DNA from: a virus
Reading direction: 5' to 3' (one strand)
DNA length: 64,000 nucleotides
Virus record (IMG/VR): IMGVR_UViG_3300042731_011014
Coordinates: 96,001-160,000 of that record
Below the pieces are notes generated by a model. It saw only the letters and a list, made by a program, of their open reading frames with translations. It was not told where the DNA came from and ran no database searches. Positions 10,375-20,318 of this stretch are shown here, in pieces. The translations under genes were made by a program, and so were the position numbers. The first letter of the stretch is position 1; each line of letters starts with the position of its first letter.

Positions 10375-11020
10375 TTATAAGCTTAAACGTATAATCAAAA
10401 AGTAAAACTTCTTCTGCATTTTTCGTTAATTCAACATTGTTTCCATTAAGATCCTTTATTCTTACCCTGCCTACCCTTCCATTCGTCAAAACAGATCCAA
10501 GATCATTACTAGATCGCCGTCTCCAATAAATTCCAACACTTCTTATATCATCAGATATAGCTTCTGAAGGAAGGTATAAGTATCTACTTAAATAATAAAC
10601 CTCATCCCTAGTTGCATTTCTCTCAATAGAACTAGAGAATGCATCAATATAAAAAGACTTTAATGCAGTACTAGAAACTATATTACTTATTAAATTCGCC
10701 ACACCGGTCCATGACCAATCCTCAATATATGAATCAGTATTACTATCAATATCTAATAATGCCAAAAAAGTTAGCGGTGCAGCACGATCTACACCCGTTT
10801 GGTACAGATAATATGGATCCGTGCAATCTGGTAATCCAAATAACCTATCCAATATCATAGCAGCTACATTATCAAAAATCCTATTACTGCATCTTGCCTC
10901 TTGTTTTAACTCCAACTTATCAAGAATATTATTTATACTGCCATCTTTTATTGCAGATTTAAAAAAATCATCACCGGCACCATTAGAACTAAATTTTTTT
11001 ATATTAAAAAAACCATTCAT
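10367..11020 (-). CDS. Tail-associated paralog 2 of 4
   Basis: Same conserved blocks as its neighbours. Confidence 0.8.
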   Translation of the reverse strand: MNGFFNIKKFSSNGAGDDFFKSAIKDGSINNILDKLELKQEARCSNRIFDNVAAMILDRLFGLPDCTDPYYLYQTGVDRAAPLTFLALLDIDSNTDSYIEDWSWTGVANLISNIVSSTALKSFYIDAFSSSIERNATRDEVYYLSRYLYLPSEAISDDIRSVGIYWRRRSSNDLGSVLTNGRVGRVRIKDLNGNNVELTKNAEEVLLFDYTFKLISV

Positions 11021-11028
11021 ATTTCTAC

Positions 11029-11685
11029 CTAACCGCTTGACATTGTAAATTGATATTCAATTAATAAAACATCTCTATCGCTTTTTGTCATTGTCACTAA
11101 ATTACCTTCTGCATCCTTTAATCTTATTCTGGCAACTCTCAAAACATACCAGTTCCACCCAGAATTATATAAAGTAGCACCAATAACTAAGCTATTTATA
11201 TTGCTTGATATAATTTCAGATGGCATAAATAAAACTCTACTGGTAAAAATTATTTTATCCGCATCACCATGCACCAATATCGACGATTCAACAGCGCCAT
11301 CTATTAGAAATATACTCCCATTATCATTATCAACTGATCCACTTATATCGCTAACATATTCCCTACTTCTACTATCGATACTATTATTGCTAGTCTCGGT
11401 GTATGAATCAGTATCAGTATCAATACTACTGATATTTAAAAAATCTAATGAATAGAATGTACTAAAACCTAGAGGAAAATCACTCCATAAACTCGGTGCC
11501 CCAAAGAGCTTGTTAAGCATTCTTGCAGGTATTGAATCAAACACTCTATTACATCCATTATACCTACCTTTTAAACTTAATTTTTTACATAATTCATCTA
11601 CACCATGATACTTAATGTACTCAACTACATCATAATCATTCATTCCACAAGAATCTAATAATCTAACATCAAAATATCCATTCAT
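11029..11685 (-). CDS. Tail-associated paralog 1 of 4
   Basis: Same conserved blocks (NRVFD, LFMPS, RVARIRLKDAEG, TKSDRDVLLIEY). Confidence 0.8.
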   Translation of the reverse strand: MNGYFDVRLLDSCGMNDYDVVEYIKYHGVDELCKKLSLKGRYNGCNRVFDSIPARMLNKLFGAPSLWSDFPLGFSTFYSLDFLNISSIDTDTDSYTETSNNSIDSRSREYVSDISGSVDNDNGSIFLIDGAVESSILVHGDADKIIFTSRVLFMPSEIISSNINSLVIGATLYNSGWNWYVLRVARIRLKDAEGNLVTMTKSDRDVLLIEYQFTMSSG

Positions 11686-11688
11686 TAC

Positions 11689-14040
11689 TTACGCCCATCC
11701 GCCGGGAACATTACCGGTCAAGTTTATCCTATACATAATTACCAACGCCTCATCAGGTGGTTTGGTAATTACCTGAGTTATACCAACTTTAGATCCGCCC
11801 CCGGTTGGTAACCCTAATTTAGCATTTGAAGTTGACCCATTAGCAACTGTGTCTAAATCAAGATCGCTCCTATCACCTGCTACTGTCGCCCTTATCAATA
11901 AAAAACCAAAATCTGTTCTTATAGCCTCAATTCTGTACCCTCTAAAAGCCTGATTCAATGAATCCACAATATCACTCATGCTAAATGTTTGTAGCATATT
12001 TGGTATTTCAAATATTCTGTAAGTCGGAACACCATCCGTCGCCATCCTTAAAACTTCATCAGTAAACGTAACACCAGGCATTGCCTCAAAAGCCATTAAT
12101 GACGCTATTTTTACACCATGCGATGAATCATTCGCCAGCATGTTCGTTAATCTAACACCAAGACATTGAATTGCATTAAAAACAAACTCAAGTCCATATG
12201 CGCCATTATCATAAATTGTAGATGCCTGTGAAGTATGATCAGGATCAGACACATCAAACCAGCTATTATCATCACCAGGTTTTTCAGTGCCAGCCGGAAC
12301 CCCGCCTGGATTATCAGTAAGTACTTGAATCTTAAAACTATTAGGACAATACATCTTGTTTTGACCAGCAGGGAATACTATCCTGATCCCTACCAAATCT
12401 TTCGCAGCCCCCCAAACCCTACCGCACATATGAGGTCCCGAATTATCTTCACTAGCGAAATATTCACCATGAATTACTGCGCCCGGTTCATCAGGATCGT
12501 CAGCAGCATCCACTCTGCCTTCATTTTCAACACGCCCATCAAACATTTTCGACGCATTGTAAACCGTAAAAACCCCATCACCAGTTGTCATAAAATTTTC
12601 TGTAACTGTAGAATTTGGTGTCTCAAAAACTTTTACTATGTGCTTATCAATAACATCCTCAATCGTATAATCCCTATTATTATTACCATCGGACGAGTTA
12701 CTAATTCTTAACGTTTTTCTTACATGAAAATCCCTATCAAACCCGTGAGTTAATGGTAATGCAGCTACAGCATTTGAACGTTTAAATGTTATCTCTCTTG
12801 TGGTTGCATTAATCGAGTCGGATGCATCCCCGACAATGTCAGATTCAACCTGCTCCTCGGTTAGCATGGAATTGGATATATACCCATCAGATGAAACAAC
12901 AGTAACTAGGTCAGGGTATGTATATTCAATAAGATCGATACCCTGAGACTGGGCCTCATGTTTATAAATTCTATCGCATATGCCTTGGAAAGTTGGAGAT
13001 AACCCAATAATTGATCTAACACCAATTTGATTATCCACTTCACCATCACCGCAAGCTACTCCGTAAGCTAAACCAACTGATTTAATAGGAAAATTATCAA
13101 GATATTTATTATCTCCGGCTTCGGATGCAACACCTCCAGACATACCTGATACAGAAAATCCTCCGTCTGATACATTTTCAGTTATCGCTTTAACATGAAC
13201 AGTTCCGCCTATATCATGATCAAGATCCACCTGTGCTGTTCCTCCTGATGAAGCAGTTATCCTTAAGCTATTATTCTGTCCATTAATTTCTGTGATAATA
13301 GCATCTCTAACGTCATCAGCATCAGAAGCTCCAGAAATATCCACTGGCACCCTTCCGGCAGTCCAGCTCCCATCTGTATCGAATTCAAAAATAACAGGAT
13401 CATTGATACCATCATCAATTGTAAAATAATCAGCATCAGTAAGTGATCCTGGAGCAACGGTCGTTATGGAGCCAACAGCATTTGAATAAACAAGTGTAGG
13501 CTGAGCATAAAACACAAACTCGGCTTCACCATACGGATCTGTACTCCTATAAGATACAGATACAGTCCGGAATACTCCGCTCGTATCACTTATAAGAACA
13601 CTCCTTCTACCTTCACCCGGTGTCGTAATATCAGCAGATATTTTATCATCATACTGACTATCAGACTCATTAAACTCAACCTTTTCATCGCCATTTTTAC
13701 CATCAGTTGATGGACTGTCAGTTGCCACAAAAAACGCTTGAAATGGGTTTCTTTCTGGCTCATATGTTATATCGGAAGGAACAAAAGGGCCACCAGAATG
13801 ACCGGATAGGCACTCATGCATCATTCTTGAAAGTCCGCGCTTAGTAAACTTGTTTTTGAACGCCCTAGAATAAACTATCCGATCTTTTTCTTTTGGTTCA
13901 AAACTTCCGTCAGGTGTTTCCTGCATAAAATCAGAAAAATTAACCCTACCACCATCGCCTGTACCTTTTATCCCTTTTATGTTAACACCAACAAACTTAA
14001 AACAGCCGGATGTTCCAATAGTTCCTCTACCCTTTATCAT
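11689..14040 (-). CDS. Multidomain baseplate/fibre protein with a discoidin (F5/8 type C)-like segment
   Basis: 783 aa; ASKMFDG...GIRIVFP...PNSFKIQVL...WFDV resembles discoidin; C-terminus ITKPPDEALVIMYRINL resembles the paralog C-termini. Confidence 0.55.
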   Translation of the reverse strand: MIKGRGTIGTSGCFKFVGVNIKGIKGTGDGGRVNFSDFMQETPDGSFEPKEKDRIVYSRAFKNKFTKRGLSRMMHECLSGHSGGPFVPSDITYEPERNPFQAFFVATDSPSTDGKNGDEKVEFNESDSQYDDKISADITTPGEGRRSVLISDTSGVFRTVSVSYRSTDPYGEAEFVFYAQPTLVYSNAVGSITTVAPGSLTDADYFTIDDGINDPVIFEFDTDGSWTAGRVPVDISGASDADDVRDAIITEINGQNNSLRITASSGGTAQVDLDHDIGGTVHVKAITENVSDGGFSVSGMSGGVASEAGDNKYLDNFPIKSVGLAYGVACGDGEVDNQIGVRSIIGLSPTFQGICDRIYKHEAQSQGIDLIEYTYPDLVTVVSSDGYISNSMLTEEQVESDIVGDASDSINATTREITFKRSNAVAALPLTHGFDRDFHVRKTLRISNSSDGNNNRDYTIEDVIDKHIVKVFETPNSTVTENFMTTGDGVFTVYNASKMFDGRVENEGRVDAADDPDEPGAVIHGEYFASEDNSGPHMCGRVWGAAKDLVGIRIVFPAGQNKMYCPNSFKIQVLTDNPGGVPAGTEKPGDDNSWFDVSDPDHTSQASTIYDNGAYGLEFVFNAIQCLGVRLTNMLANDSSHGVKIASLMAFEAMPGVTFTDEVLRMATDGVPTYRIFEIPNMLQTFSMSDIVDSLNQAFRGYRIEAIRTDFGFLLIRATVAGDRSDLDLDTVANGSTSNAKLGLPTGGGSKVGITQVITKPPDEALVIMYRINLTGNVPGGWA

Positions 14041-14054
14041 TGATAGCTCCTAGT

Positions 14055-14540
14055 TTATATTTCCCCGATTTCTTCACCGGTTACCCATGGTTCATCTTCA
14101 ATGTACTCCGTACCATTCCACCACATTTCCGTAACCTCAACATTAAAACCATAGATATTAGCTAATGTCACAAAAGACTGTAACGTCCCTTTTATTGTAT
14201 TAAACTTTGTTGCAACCCTTATAGCAAGTCTTCTATATTCAATAGGGTTGTAATCATCTATATCAACACCAAACGAATCCGCAAGGTGTCTTATTAAATC
14301 TTCCCTGACCTTATCAGGGTTCATGAGTGATCCATATTCATCAACAAGAAATTTTAACTCATTAAAAGATGGAGTCATTCCCTTAATCATTTTCATAAGA
14401 TAATAACCATTTTTTAAGTCCTCCTCTTTCTGCTCCTCAGGTAGCGATTCATAGAGAACTATAAACGCCCAATCTTCATGACCAAATGGGCGATGGCCAA
14501 ATGGCTGATGGCCAAATCCATGCGAAACAGGTGACGCCAT
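14055..14540 (-). CDS. Baseplate wedge protein (P2 gpI / T4 gp7 N-terminal-like)
   Basis: LMNPDKVREDLIRHLADSFG...RRLAIRVATKFNTIKGTLQSFVTLANIYG matches the tail protein I pattern; follows the gpJ/gp6-like gene. Confidence 0.7.
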   Translation of the reverse strand: MASPVSHGFGHQPFGHRPFGHEDWAFIVLYESLPEEQKEEDLKNGYYLMKMIKGMTPSFNELKFLVDEYGSLMNPDKVREDLIRHLADSFGVDIDDYNPIEYRRLAIRVATKFNTIKGTLQSFVTLANIYGFNVEVTEMWWNGTEYIEDEPWVTGEEIGEI

Positions 14541-14542
14541 TA

Positions 14543-14971
14543 TTACGATCCTGCTACTATCTGATTTGTTCTCAGATAAACATTGTTGGCCTTCCTAAAC
14601 CCTATCCAGAATTTATTTTGGTCACTCCCTACCGAAGTAGCCTTAGCCGCTGTTAGCGTTTTTACACCAGTTATTGGTCTAGATAATTCAACATAAACAA
14701 CATCACCTCCGGTTATAACTATTCCACTGGCTGATATGGTTCTAGTTGCACCATTAAGCAGATTTACAATTACAATATCCTCACTCCACTCAAACATGTC
14801 TGTAGCAATTGTAAGCGAAAATGTGCCACCTCCAGTCACAACTAAGTGATTATCCTCTCGCAGTGCATAGATAGAGGTATCAATAGCATTCACAAAATTT
14901 GCAAAAATCTCATACCATGGATCTTGATATTCCGATGGATATGAATATCCCATTCTCGACGTAGATGGCAT
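14543..14971 (-). CDS. Baseplate/fibre-associated hypothetical protein
   Basis: 142 aa; N-terminal MGYSYP...W...N...ID resembles fibre anchor segments. Confidence 0.5.
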   Translation of the reverse strand: MPSTSRMGYSYPSEYQDPWYEIFANFVNAIDTSIYALREDNHLVVTGGGTFSLTIATDMFEWSEDIVIVNLLNGATRTISASGIVITGGDVVYVELSRPITGVKTLTAAKATSVGSDQNKFWIGFRKANNVYLRTNQIVAGS

Positions 14972-14982
14972 TAATATCTCCT

Positions 14983-17751
14983 CTATGCAGTTAGTTCTAC
15001 TATTTGCTTAATCTCAGTATTTACACCCTTTGTAATAATCTGATTGTCTTCTATTTCAAGATCTCCATCGCTATTAGCTGATGGCGGCGTATCTGTTACT
15101 GTCGTATCGACAAACCGTGTACCGGTAATCTTAACATTAATATATTCATATTTAGTTGCACCGGCCTGCGTCACAACATTAGCCTTAATTGCCTGATTAA
15201 ATTCGTCTAGACGTAGCTTTTGCCCAAACTCCCTGTTCTTAAAAACAATATCAACCTGCTCACTTACCTCTGTTAAAATATCCGCCGGAGCGAAAAGCTC
15301 CTTCACTTTAACCTTTACCTCAATATCAACCCCAATAAGAAACCTTGCTCCATCTATAGTTGATACTGTTACGGATGCAAGTTTTTTCCCATCAATATTA
15401 TCTTTTAATGAACTTAATAATCCATTTGATGGCGCAGTATAAAAACCATCAGCGTCAACAGTAAGTACCTGTACTTGAATAATATTTGCCTTACATTCTC
15501 CACTGATTACCGTATCGAGATAATCTTCAAGATCTTGCACTGCCGTTGTTACATTTGCCGGAATCAACGCAGTATATCCTATGTATGTATCGCTAATAAC
15601 ACTGTCAGCATTAATCGTATCTGCTAGCGTGTCAATATCATCCATGTCCGTTGAAATAACAGCAGTGTCAGTATCGATTGAATCAACATCGGTCTCAGCC
15701 TGTGTAATATCAGAATTAGCTTCTGTTAAATCAGATTTAGCATTATCTATCGCAGTCGTCGCAGACTCAAGTTCATACTGAAAATTAACATAGATATTCT
15801 TACCGAATTCACCGCTAATACCTTCAGGTGCAATAACAAAATTAACTGTTAATGCTCCTGATGCATAATTAATAGTACTTCCAGTATCTATTCCAGGTCC
15901 CGAAATCGCCCCGGCCCCATCATCAAATCCATAAACAGAGTCACCATACTTTTCCACAATAAGATTGGTGCCAAACATTCGATTACCAGAATATCTAACT
16001 TTTTTATCATTCACAAACTCAAGGATTTGCCTTTTAAGCCCACCAATCCTAATTAGCTTACCAACATCACCTGATAAGAAAAACGCGGCTGTAGCCACCT
16101 CAACGAACCCAGGGGATGTTTCACAATCGCCTGTAACATCCGAGGCAGCAACAACAGGCTCAACTACAATTGAAAGAGATCTGGGTACAATATTTTGAAA
16201 AGTCAGCAATTTATAAAATGATTTTGTCGCCCCATCGCCTTGGGCCATAATCTCCTGAAAGGGAACCGAGCTAGCCGCGTCAATAGCAATATCAAGATCA
16301 CTATTTGCATCGGCAATATGGGACGTTGCATTTGCTGTATCGGTTTTAATTGTCGCTTGCTTAGTTCCAATTGAAGCCAGTATAGACTTAGCACTGGCCG
16401 TCTCAATTTTTACAGTATTAGAACTAGTTCTAATTGCGGTATTTTTTGTTGTTACTGTACTCAAAAAAACAGACAAATTAGCCGTTTGAGTATTTATATT
16501 ATTGAGTCCTCCTTGAATACCAACCTCATTCTCGACACCAAGAAGTCTAATAGCGTTAGCTCTAGCAACCGATCCATAGGTCCCACTGCTGAATTTCTCA
16601 GAAAGAATTCGAAAATCACTTAATGAAACAGCTCTATCAACAGTAGCATACCATTTTGGGGCACTTGCCTGAATCGATGATATAGACTCCTCAGGAGCGG
16701 ACCCGGACGACGCTGAAGAATTATTGCAACTTATATTGATTACAGTAAAGTTAATAGTCAAGGAATCCCTAAATGTTGTAAGGGTCCCCGCCGCAGCAAC
16801 TCCAGCAGTTCCGCTACCAGCAACATACAACACACTGATTTCCGCCCCGGTCTCTGGAATATTTCCAATTGCCCCATTTCCAAACCGAATTGTAGGAGGA
16901 GCAGCCGCATAATCAATCATGAATTGGTTTGATTGTTCGAAATTCAAAAAATCATTTTCCGCCCAACTATCACCATCTACCTTAAGAATAACAGAGTCTT
17001 TAGCAATTGTTTTATCTGAAGGAACTGAAGTTAGCTTAAAAATCTGATTCGCAGTGCCATCGGAAATAAATGATTCATTAATCGTTTCACCCTCATAAGC
17101 AGATATGTTTTGACCAGGAAGATATTGAGTTTTTGTATATGGGTAAACAGCAGAACTTTGTTCGGCAGCGGTAAAAGTAACATCCTGATTTAGTTCATAA
17201 ATTAATCCATTTGGACCATTAATTTTCGAACCCTTAGGCACTGTAATGTCAAATCCATAATTTTGATCTAAGATTAGATCAAGATCAACAGAAGCATTTA
17301 CCATCTGACTAGGCTTGTACCCAAGTAGCCTAGCAAATCTATTTACACTGCTTCTTAATCTAGCCGTTGTTAGAAAATTTTCCTCTGATTGTTTATCCAG
17401 GTACCATGACATTGTATCCAAAGCAAATGATACATATTGGACAATCATAATTGCGATCTGTGACGCATTAAAATCGTTAAAATCATCGCCAAATTGATCT
17501 TTTATAAACGCTAAAATTTCATCTTGAAATGTCCCATAGTCACGACCAGCATATTTTACCCTGGCAAGTGTCGCCCCAATCCTGACAGTATCTCTAATAG
17601 CAGCCCCATACTCAACCACCTCAAAGTCAGTAGTAACCGATGGATCTGTTCCTGTTTTTATGTAAATAGCATCATCAGTGGTATTATAATAAGGATACCA
17701 TTGGCTTTTACCAATCGGATGCGATCCTAACTCATCAAGCGCAAGAATCAT
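14983..17751 (-). CDS. gp6: Baseplate wedge protein (T4 gp6 / baseplate J-like) with large coiled-coil insertion
   Basis: GRDYGTFQDEILAFIK...ENFLTTARLRSSVNRFARLLGYKP and DRAVSLSDF are gp6/gpJ motifs. Confidence 0.85.
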   Translation of the reverse strand: MILALDELGSHPIGKSQWYPYYNTTDDAIYIKTGTDPSVTTDFEVVEYGAAIRDTVRIGATLARVKYAGRDYGTFQDEILAFIKDQFGDDFNDFNASQIAIMIVQYVSFALDTMSWYLDKQSEENFLTTARLRSSVNRFARLLGYKPSQMVNASVDLDLILDQNYGFDITVPKGSKINGPNGLIYELNQDVTFTAAEQSSAVYPYTKTQYLPGQNISAYEGETINESFISDGTANQIFKLTSVPSDKTIAKDSVILKVDGDSWAENDFLNFEQSNQFMIDYAAAPPTIRFGNGAIGNIPETGAEISVLYVAGSGTAGVAAAGTLTTFRDSLTINFTVINISCNNSSASSGSAPEESISSIQASAPKWYATVDRAVSLSDFRILSEKFSSGTYGSVARANAIRLLGVENEVGIQGGLNNINTQTANLSVFLSTVTTKNTAIRTSSNTVKIETASAKSILASIGTKQATIKTDTANATSHIADANSDLDIAIDAASSVPFQEIMAQGDGATKSFYKLLTFQNIVPRSLSIVVEPVVAASDVTGDCETSPGFVEVATAAFFLSGDVGKLIRIGGLKRQILEFVNDKKVRYSGNRMFGTNLIVEKYGDSVYGFDDGAGAISGPGIDTGSTINYASGALTVNFVIAPEGISGEFGKNIYVNFQYELESATTAIDNAKSDLTEANSDITQAETDVDSIDTDTAVISTDMDDIDTLADTINADSVISDTYIGYTALIPANVTTAVQDLEDYLDTVISGECKANIIQVQVLTVDADGFYTAPSNGLLSSLKDNIDGKKLASVTVSTIDGARFLIGVDIEVKVKVKELFAPADILTEVSEQVDIVFKNREFGQKLRLDEFNQAIKANVVTQAGATKYEYINVKITGTRFVDTTVTDTPPSANSDGDLEIEDNQIITKGVNTEIKQIVELTA

Positions 17752-17761
17752 ACTCTATCTC

Positions 17762-18130
17762 CTAGGATACTTCCCTGCTAAAATCAACTTGAACATCATT
17801 TGCCTCAGCTAAAAATTCATAAAAAATATCTATTGTTACAATATTCTCATCGACCTCTATATTTACAGAAAGAATATCAATTCTAGGCTCCCATGTTCTT
17901 AAAGATCGATAAACCTCTCTGCGAGCCTTGGCATCAAGTAATTCGTCATTATGCTCAAAAACAAGTTCATAAATTTCACTACCAAAGCCAGGGAGCATCA
18001 CTCTCTCGCCTTTTCTCGTGCTAAGTATCTGCCTAATTGAGCTTTTTATAACCTCTCTATCCTCCTCAGTAGCAGGAATTCCACTTTTTCCTTTTCTAAA
18101 TGGATAAGATATTCCCTTAATCACAGCCAT
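17762..18130 (-). CDS. gp25: Baseplate protein, GPW/gp25 family
   Basis: IKSSIRQILSTRKGERVMLPGFGSEIYELVFE...WEPRI. Confidence 0.92.
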   Translation of the reverse strand: MAVIKGISYPFRKGKSGIPATEEDREVIKSSIRQILSTRKGERVMLPGFGSEIYELVFEHNDELLDAKARREVYRSLRTWEPRIDILSVNIEVDENIVTIDIFYEFLAEANDVQVDFSREVS

Positions 18131-18138
18131 AAATCACC

Positions 18139-18645
18139 TCATATCAATGGCATTGGAGGCGGTGGGGGTGGAATAGGAGGTGGTACAATAAATGTAACTA
18201 GCGCTGTCTTTGTTGCCGCATCAATAATCGTAGCCATTTGATTTGCAATACTATCATAAGTGTTTTTTAGGTTAGCCAACGCCCCAGCTATTCCCGGTCC
18301 TATCATTGCCGCACCAGGCATCACAAGGCACATCCCAGGGTGTGGAGCTGGTGCAAACATCACCGGAGGGGCTGTCCAGTAAGCCATAACAGCATTTTGG
18401 ATCGCCATCGCAAACGTCATAGCTTGGCCCTGTGGACTTAATGCACCCATGAGCGTAGTCATCATTAGTGCTTTCTCTGCACCGGTAAAAATCGGAGTAG
18501 ACGGGCCAGCCATAGCCGCACTTGCATAATTTGCATAGGCATCAGCAAAGGCCTTCGCCGCATCAAGATGTTGTTTATTATTCTCAGCCACATCCTTAAG
18601 AAAGGATTTGATCGGGTTAACTAACTTTATCGGAATCAATGGCAT
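18139..18645 (-). CDS. Ala/Pro/Met-rich hypothetical baseplate-region protein
   Basis: 168-aa ORF between the spike/HNH genes and gp25; poly-Pro C-terminus. Confidence 0.6.
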   Translation of the reverse strand: MPLIPIKLVNPIKSFLKDVAENNKQHLDAAKAFADAYANYASAAMAGPSTPIFTGAEKALMMTTLMGALSPQGQAMTFAMAIQNAVMAYWTAPPVMFAPAPHPGMCLVMPGAAMIGPGIAGALANLKNTYDSIANQMATIIDAATKTALVTFIVPPPIPPPPPPMPLI

Positions 18646-18648
18646 AAA

Positions 18649-19326
18649 TCACCTTACTTCTATTATATCACTTTTTAATTCATCAATCTCAGTAAACTCG
18701 TTAAAATATTTGGAATGGAGCCTGCTATGACACTCCGCACAACACCAAACAACATCAAGAGGCTTGCTGTAATCTTTATGGTGAGCTTCTATATTCTTAT
18801 TAGATCCACAAATACCGCACAGCCCCCTTATTAATTTTCCACTCCTAACTGCTGCGCTAACAGCACCTCTGGCCTTTAGTTTTTCTTTATTTTTTAAATC
18901 TAATCTAATTTTTCCGCTCTTAAGTATTAGTTTTTCTTTAATTTCTGGTCTTTGCCTATATTTTTTATACATTTCTTTAATTTCTGGTCTTTGCCTATAT
19001 CTTCTACCGTATTCTCTATTCTTTTTTTTATTTTCCGGCTTCTGCTTAATTATAGCTCGCCTTCCACTAATCTTATACTTCTCTCTATATTCCATCTCTT
19101 TTTGCTTAACATCAAACCTTTGTCGATATTCCTTACGTCTTTCTTTAAACTCTGGAATCTGTTCACGCTCTCTTCTTTTTTGTTTTGTTTCTGGTCTTTG
19201 GCTATATTTTTTTTGGCAATCCCTACAATGGCTTCGCCTTCCATCTTTTGAAGAACTTTTTCTATTAAAACAGTTTAGTGATTTTATTTCTCCACACCTA
19301 CTGCATTTCTTCTTGCCTAAGTTCAT
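18649..19326 (-). CDS. Free-standing HNH endonuclease with N-terminal Cys4 zinc finger
   Basis: CSRC...CRDC at the N-terminus; CGICGSNKNIEAHHKDYSKPLDVVWCCAECHSRLH at the C-terminus. Confidence 0.85.
   Translation of the reverse strand: MNLGKKKCSRCGEIKSLNCFNRKSSSKDGRRSHCRDCQKKYSQRPETKQKRREREQIPEFKERRKEYRQRFDVKQKEMEYREKYKISGRRAIIKQKPENKKKNREYGRRYRQRPEIKEMYKKYRQRPEIKEKLILKSGKIRLDLKNKEKLKARGAVSAAVRSGKLIRGLCGICGSNKNIEAHHKDYSKPLDVVWCCAECHSRLHSKYFNEFTEIDELKSDIIEVR
18933..19000. repeat. 29-bp identical direct repeat, 39-bp period, inside the HNH gene
   Basis: tttctttaatttctggtctttgcctatat at 18933 and 18972 (YRQRPEIKE twice). Confidence 0.9.
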
Positions 19327-20318
19327 TATTTTTTTCCAAACACTCTTGAACTATATGTTGCTGGAGTAGGTGGCTGTGCTGGAACTGTTGGAGGAGATGT
19401 AGGGCCGACTCCAGATCCGTGAAAATGAGTATTGAATGTTGTATTAATATGATTATCAACCCACGTTTTAAATTGGTTACCTAAAACCATCTTTTCTGAT
19501 GCACCCCCGCCAAGCATAATTTTATCGGCAGTTACTTCAACTTCCTTTGTTTTCACATCAACCTTATCGTCTGATTCAACAAATATTTCACCACCTTTTA
19601 GTGTAATTTTACTACCCCCAGCATGCAAAATTTCTATTTGCTCGCCTTTCATAGTGATTATATTCTCATTGTCAGCCTTATTCGTAATTACAATTTCTTT
19701 GTTTTCAGCATCAAGATAAACTGTATTTTCATTCTTATCTTTAGTGGTGATAGATCCTTTTTCATCCATTAAAAATTCTGATAGCTCAGGATGAATAATC
19801 TTAAACTGATCTTTTTCTGGCTCGCGACTAAAAAGCATTAAAAATGACTTTGCCGCATCGCTAGCAAGCATCTTAATACCGCGAACATATGGCGCTTTTT
19901 TATCAGACTCCTTACCATCCCAATCCTTACCGGGCTGACCCTCTGTTTTAAATTCATCCGGAAGCTCTGACTTGCCCTGGTCCTCCCCTTTATCATCATC
20001 GCTAGCCCACCATTGACCTATATACCATGGATAACGAATATCACCATTTTCAAACCAAACTAAAACAGCTTCATCTTTCTCAGGTGGGAAGAATATTCCA
20101 TGATCTCTACCAGCATACGGCGAACTTGGCCACGCCGGCTCACCAAGCACATCATCGCCAGATACAACAGGCACTTTAACCAGAATCCTACCTTGTCCAC
20201 CTGGATCTGCATTCGCAAAAACAGTTCCATGATAAATTCCATAGAATCTACCATAATATTCTAAACCATGAGTTACTAAGTTTCTAATAAAATTCTTAAT
20301 AAAATCAGCGGCGTTCAT
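19326..20318 (-). CDS. Central spike (gpV/gp5/VgrG-like OB fold) with HxH apex
   Basis: YHGTVFANADPGGQGRILVKVP...GIFFPPEKDEAVLVWFENGDIRYPWYIG; C-terminal FNTHFHGSGVGPTSPP. Confidence 0.88.
   Translation of the reverse strand: MNAADFIKNFIRNLVTHGLEYYGRFYGIYHGTVFANADPGGQGRILVKVPVVSGDDVLGEPAWPSSPYAGRDHGIFFPPEKDEAVLVWFENGDIRYPWYIGQWWASDDDKGEDQGKSELPDEFKTEGQPGKDWDGKESDKKAPYVRGIKMLASDAAKSFLMLFSREPEKDQFKIIHPELSEFLMDEKGSITTKDKNENTVYLDAENKEIVITNKADNENIITMKGEQIEILHAGGSKITLKGGEIFVESDDKVDVKTKEVEVTADKIMLGGGASEKMVLGNQFKTWVDNHINTTFNTHFHGSGVGPTSPPTVPAQPPTPATYSSRVFGKK

Noticed and set aside
9026-11685. Possible diversity-generating retroelement or invertible cassette
   Set aside because: No near-identical TR/VR pair, reverse transcriptase, invertase or inverted crossover sites seen
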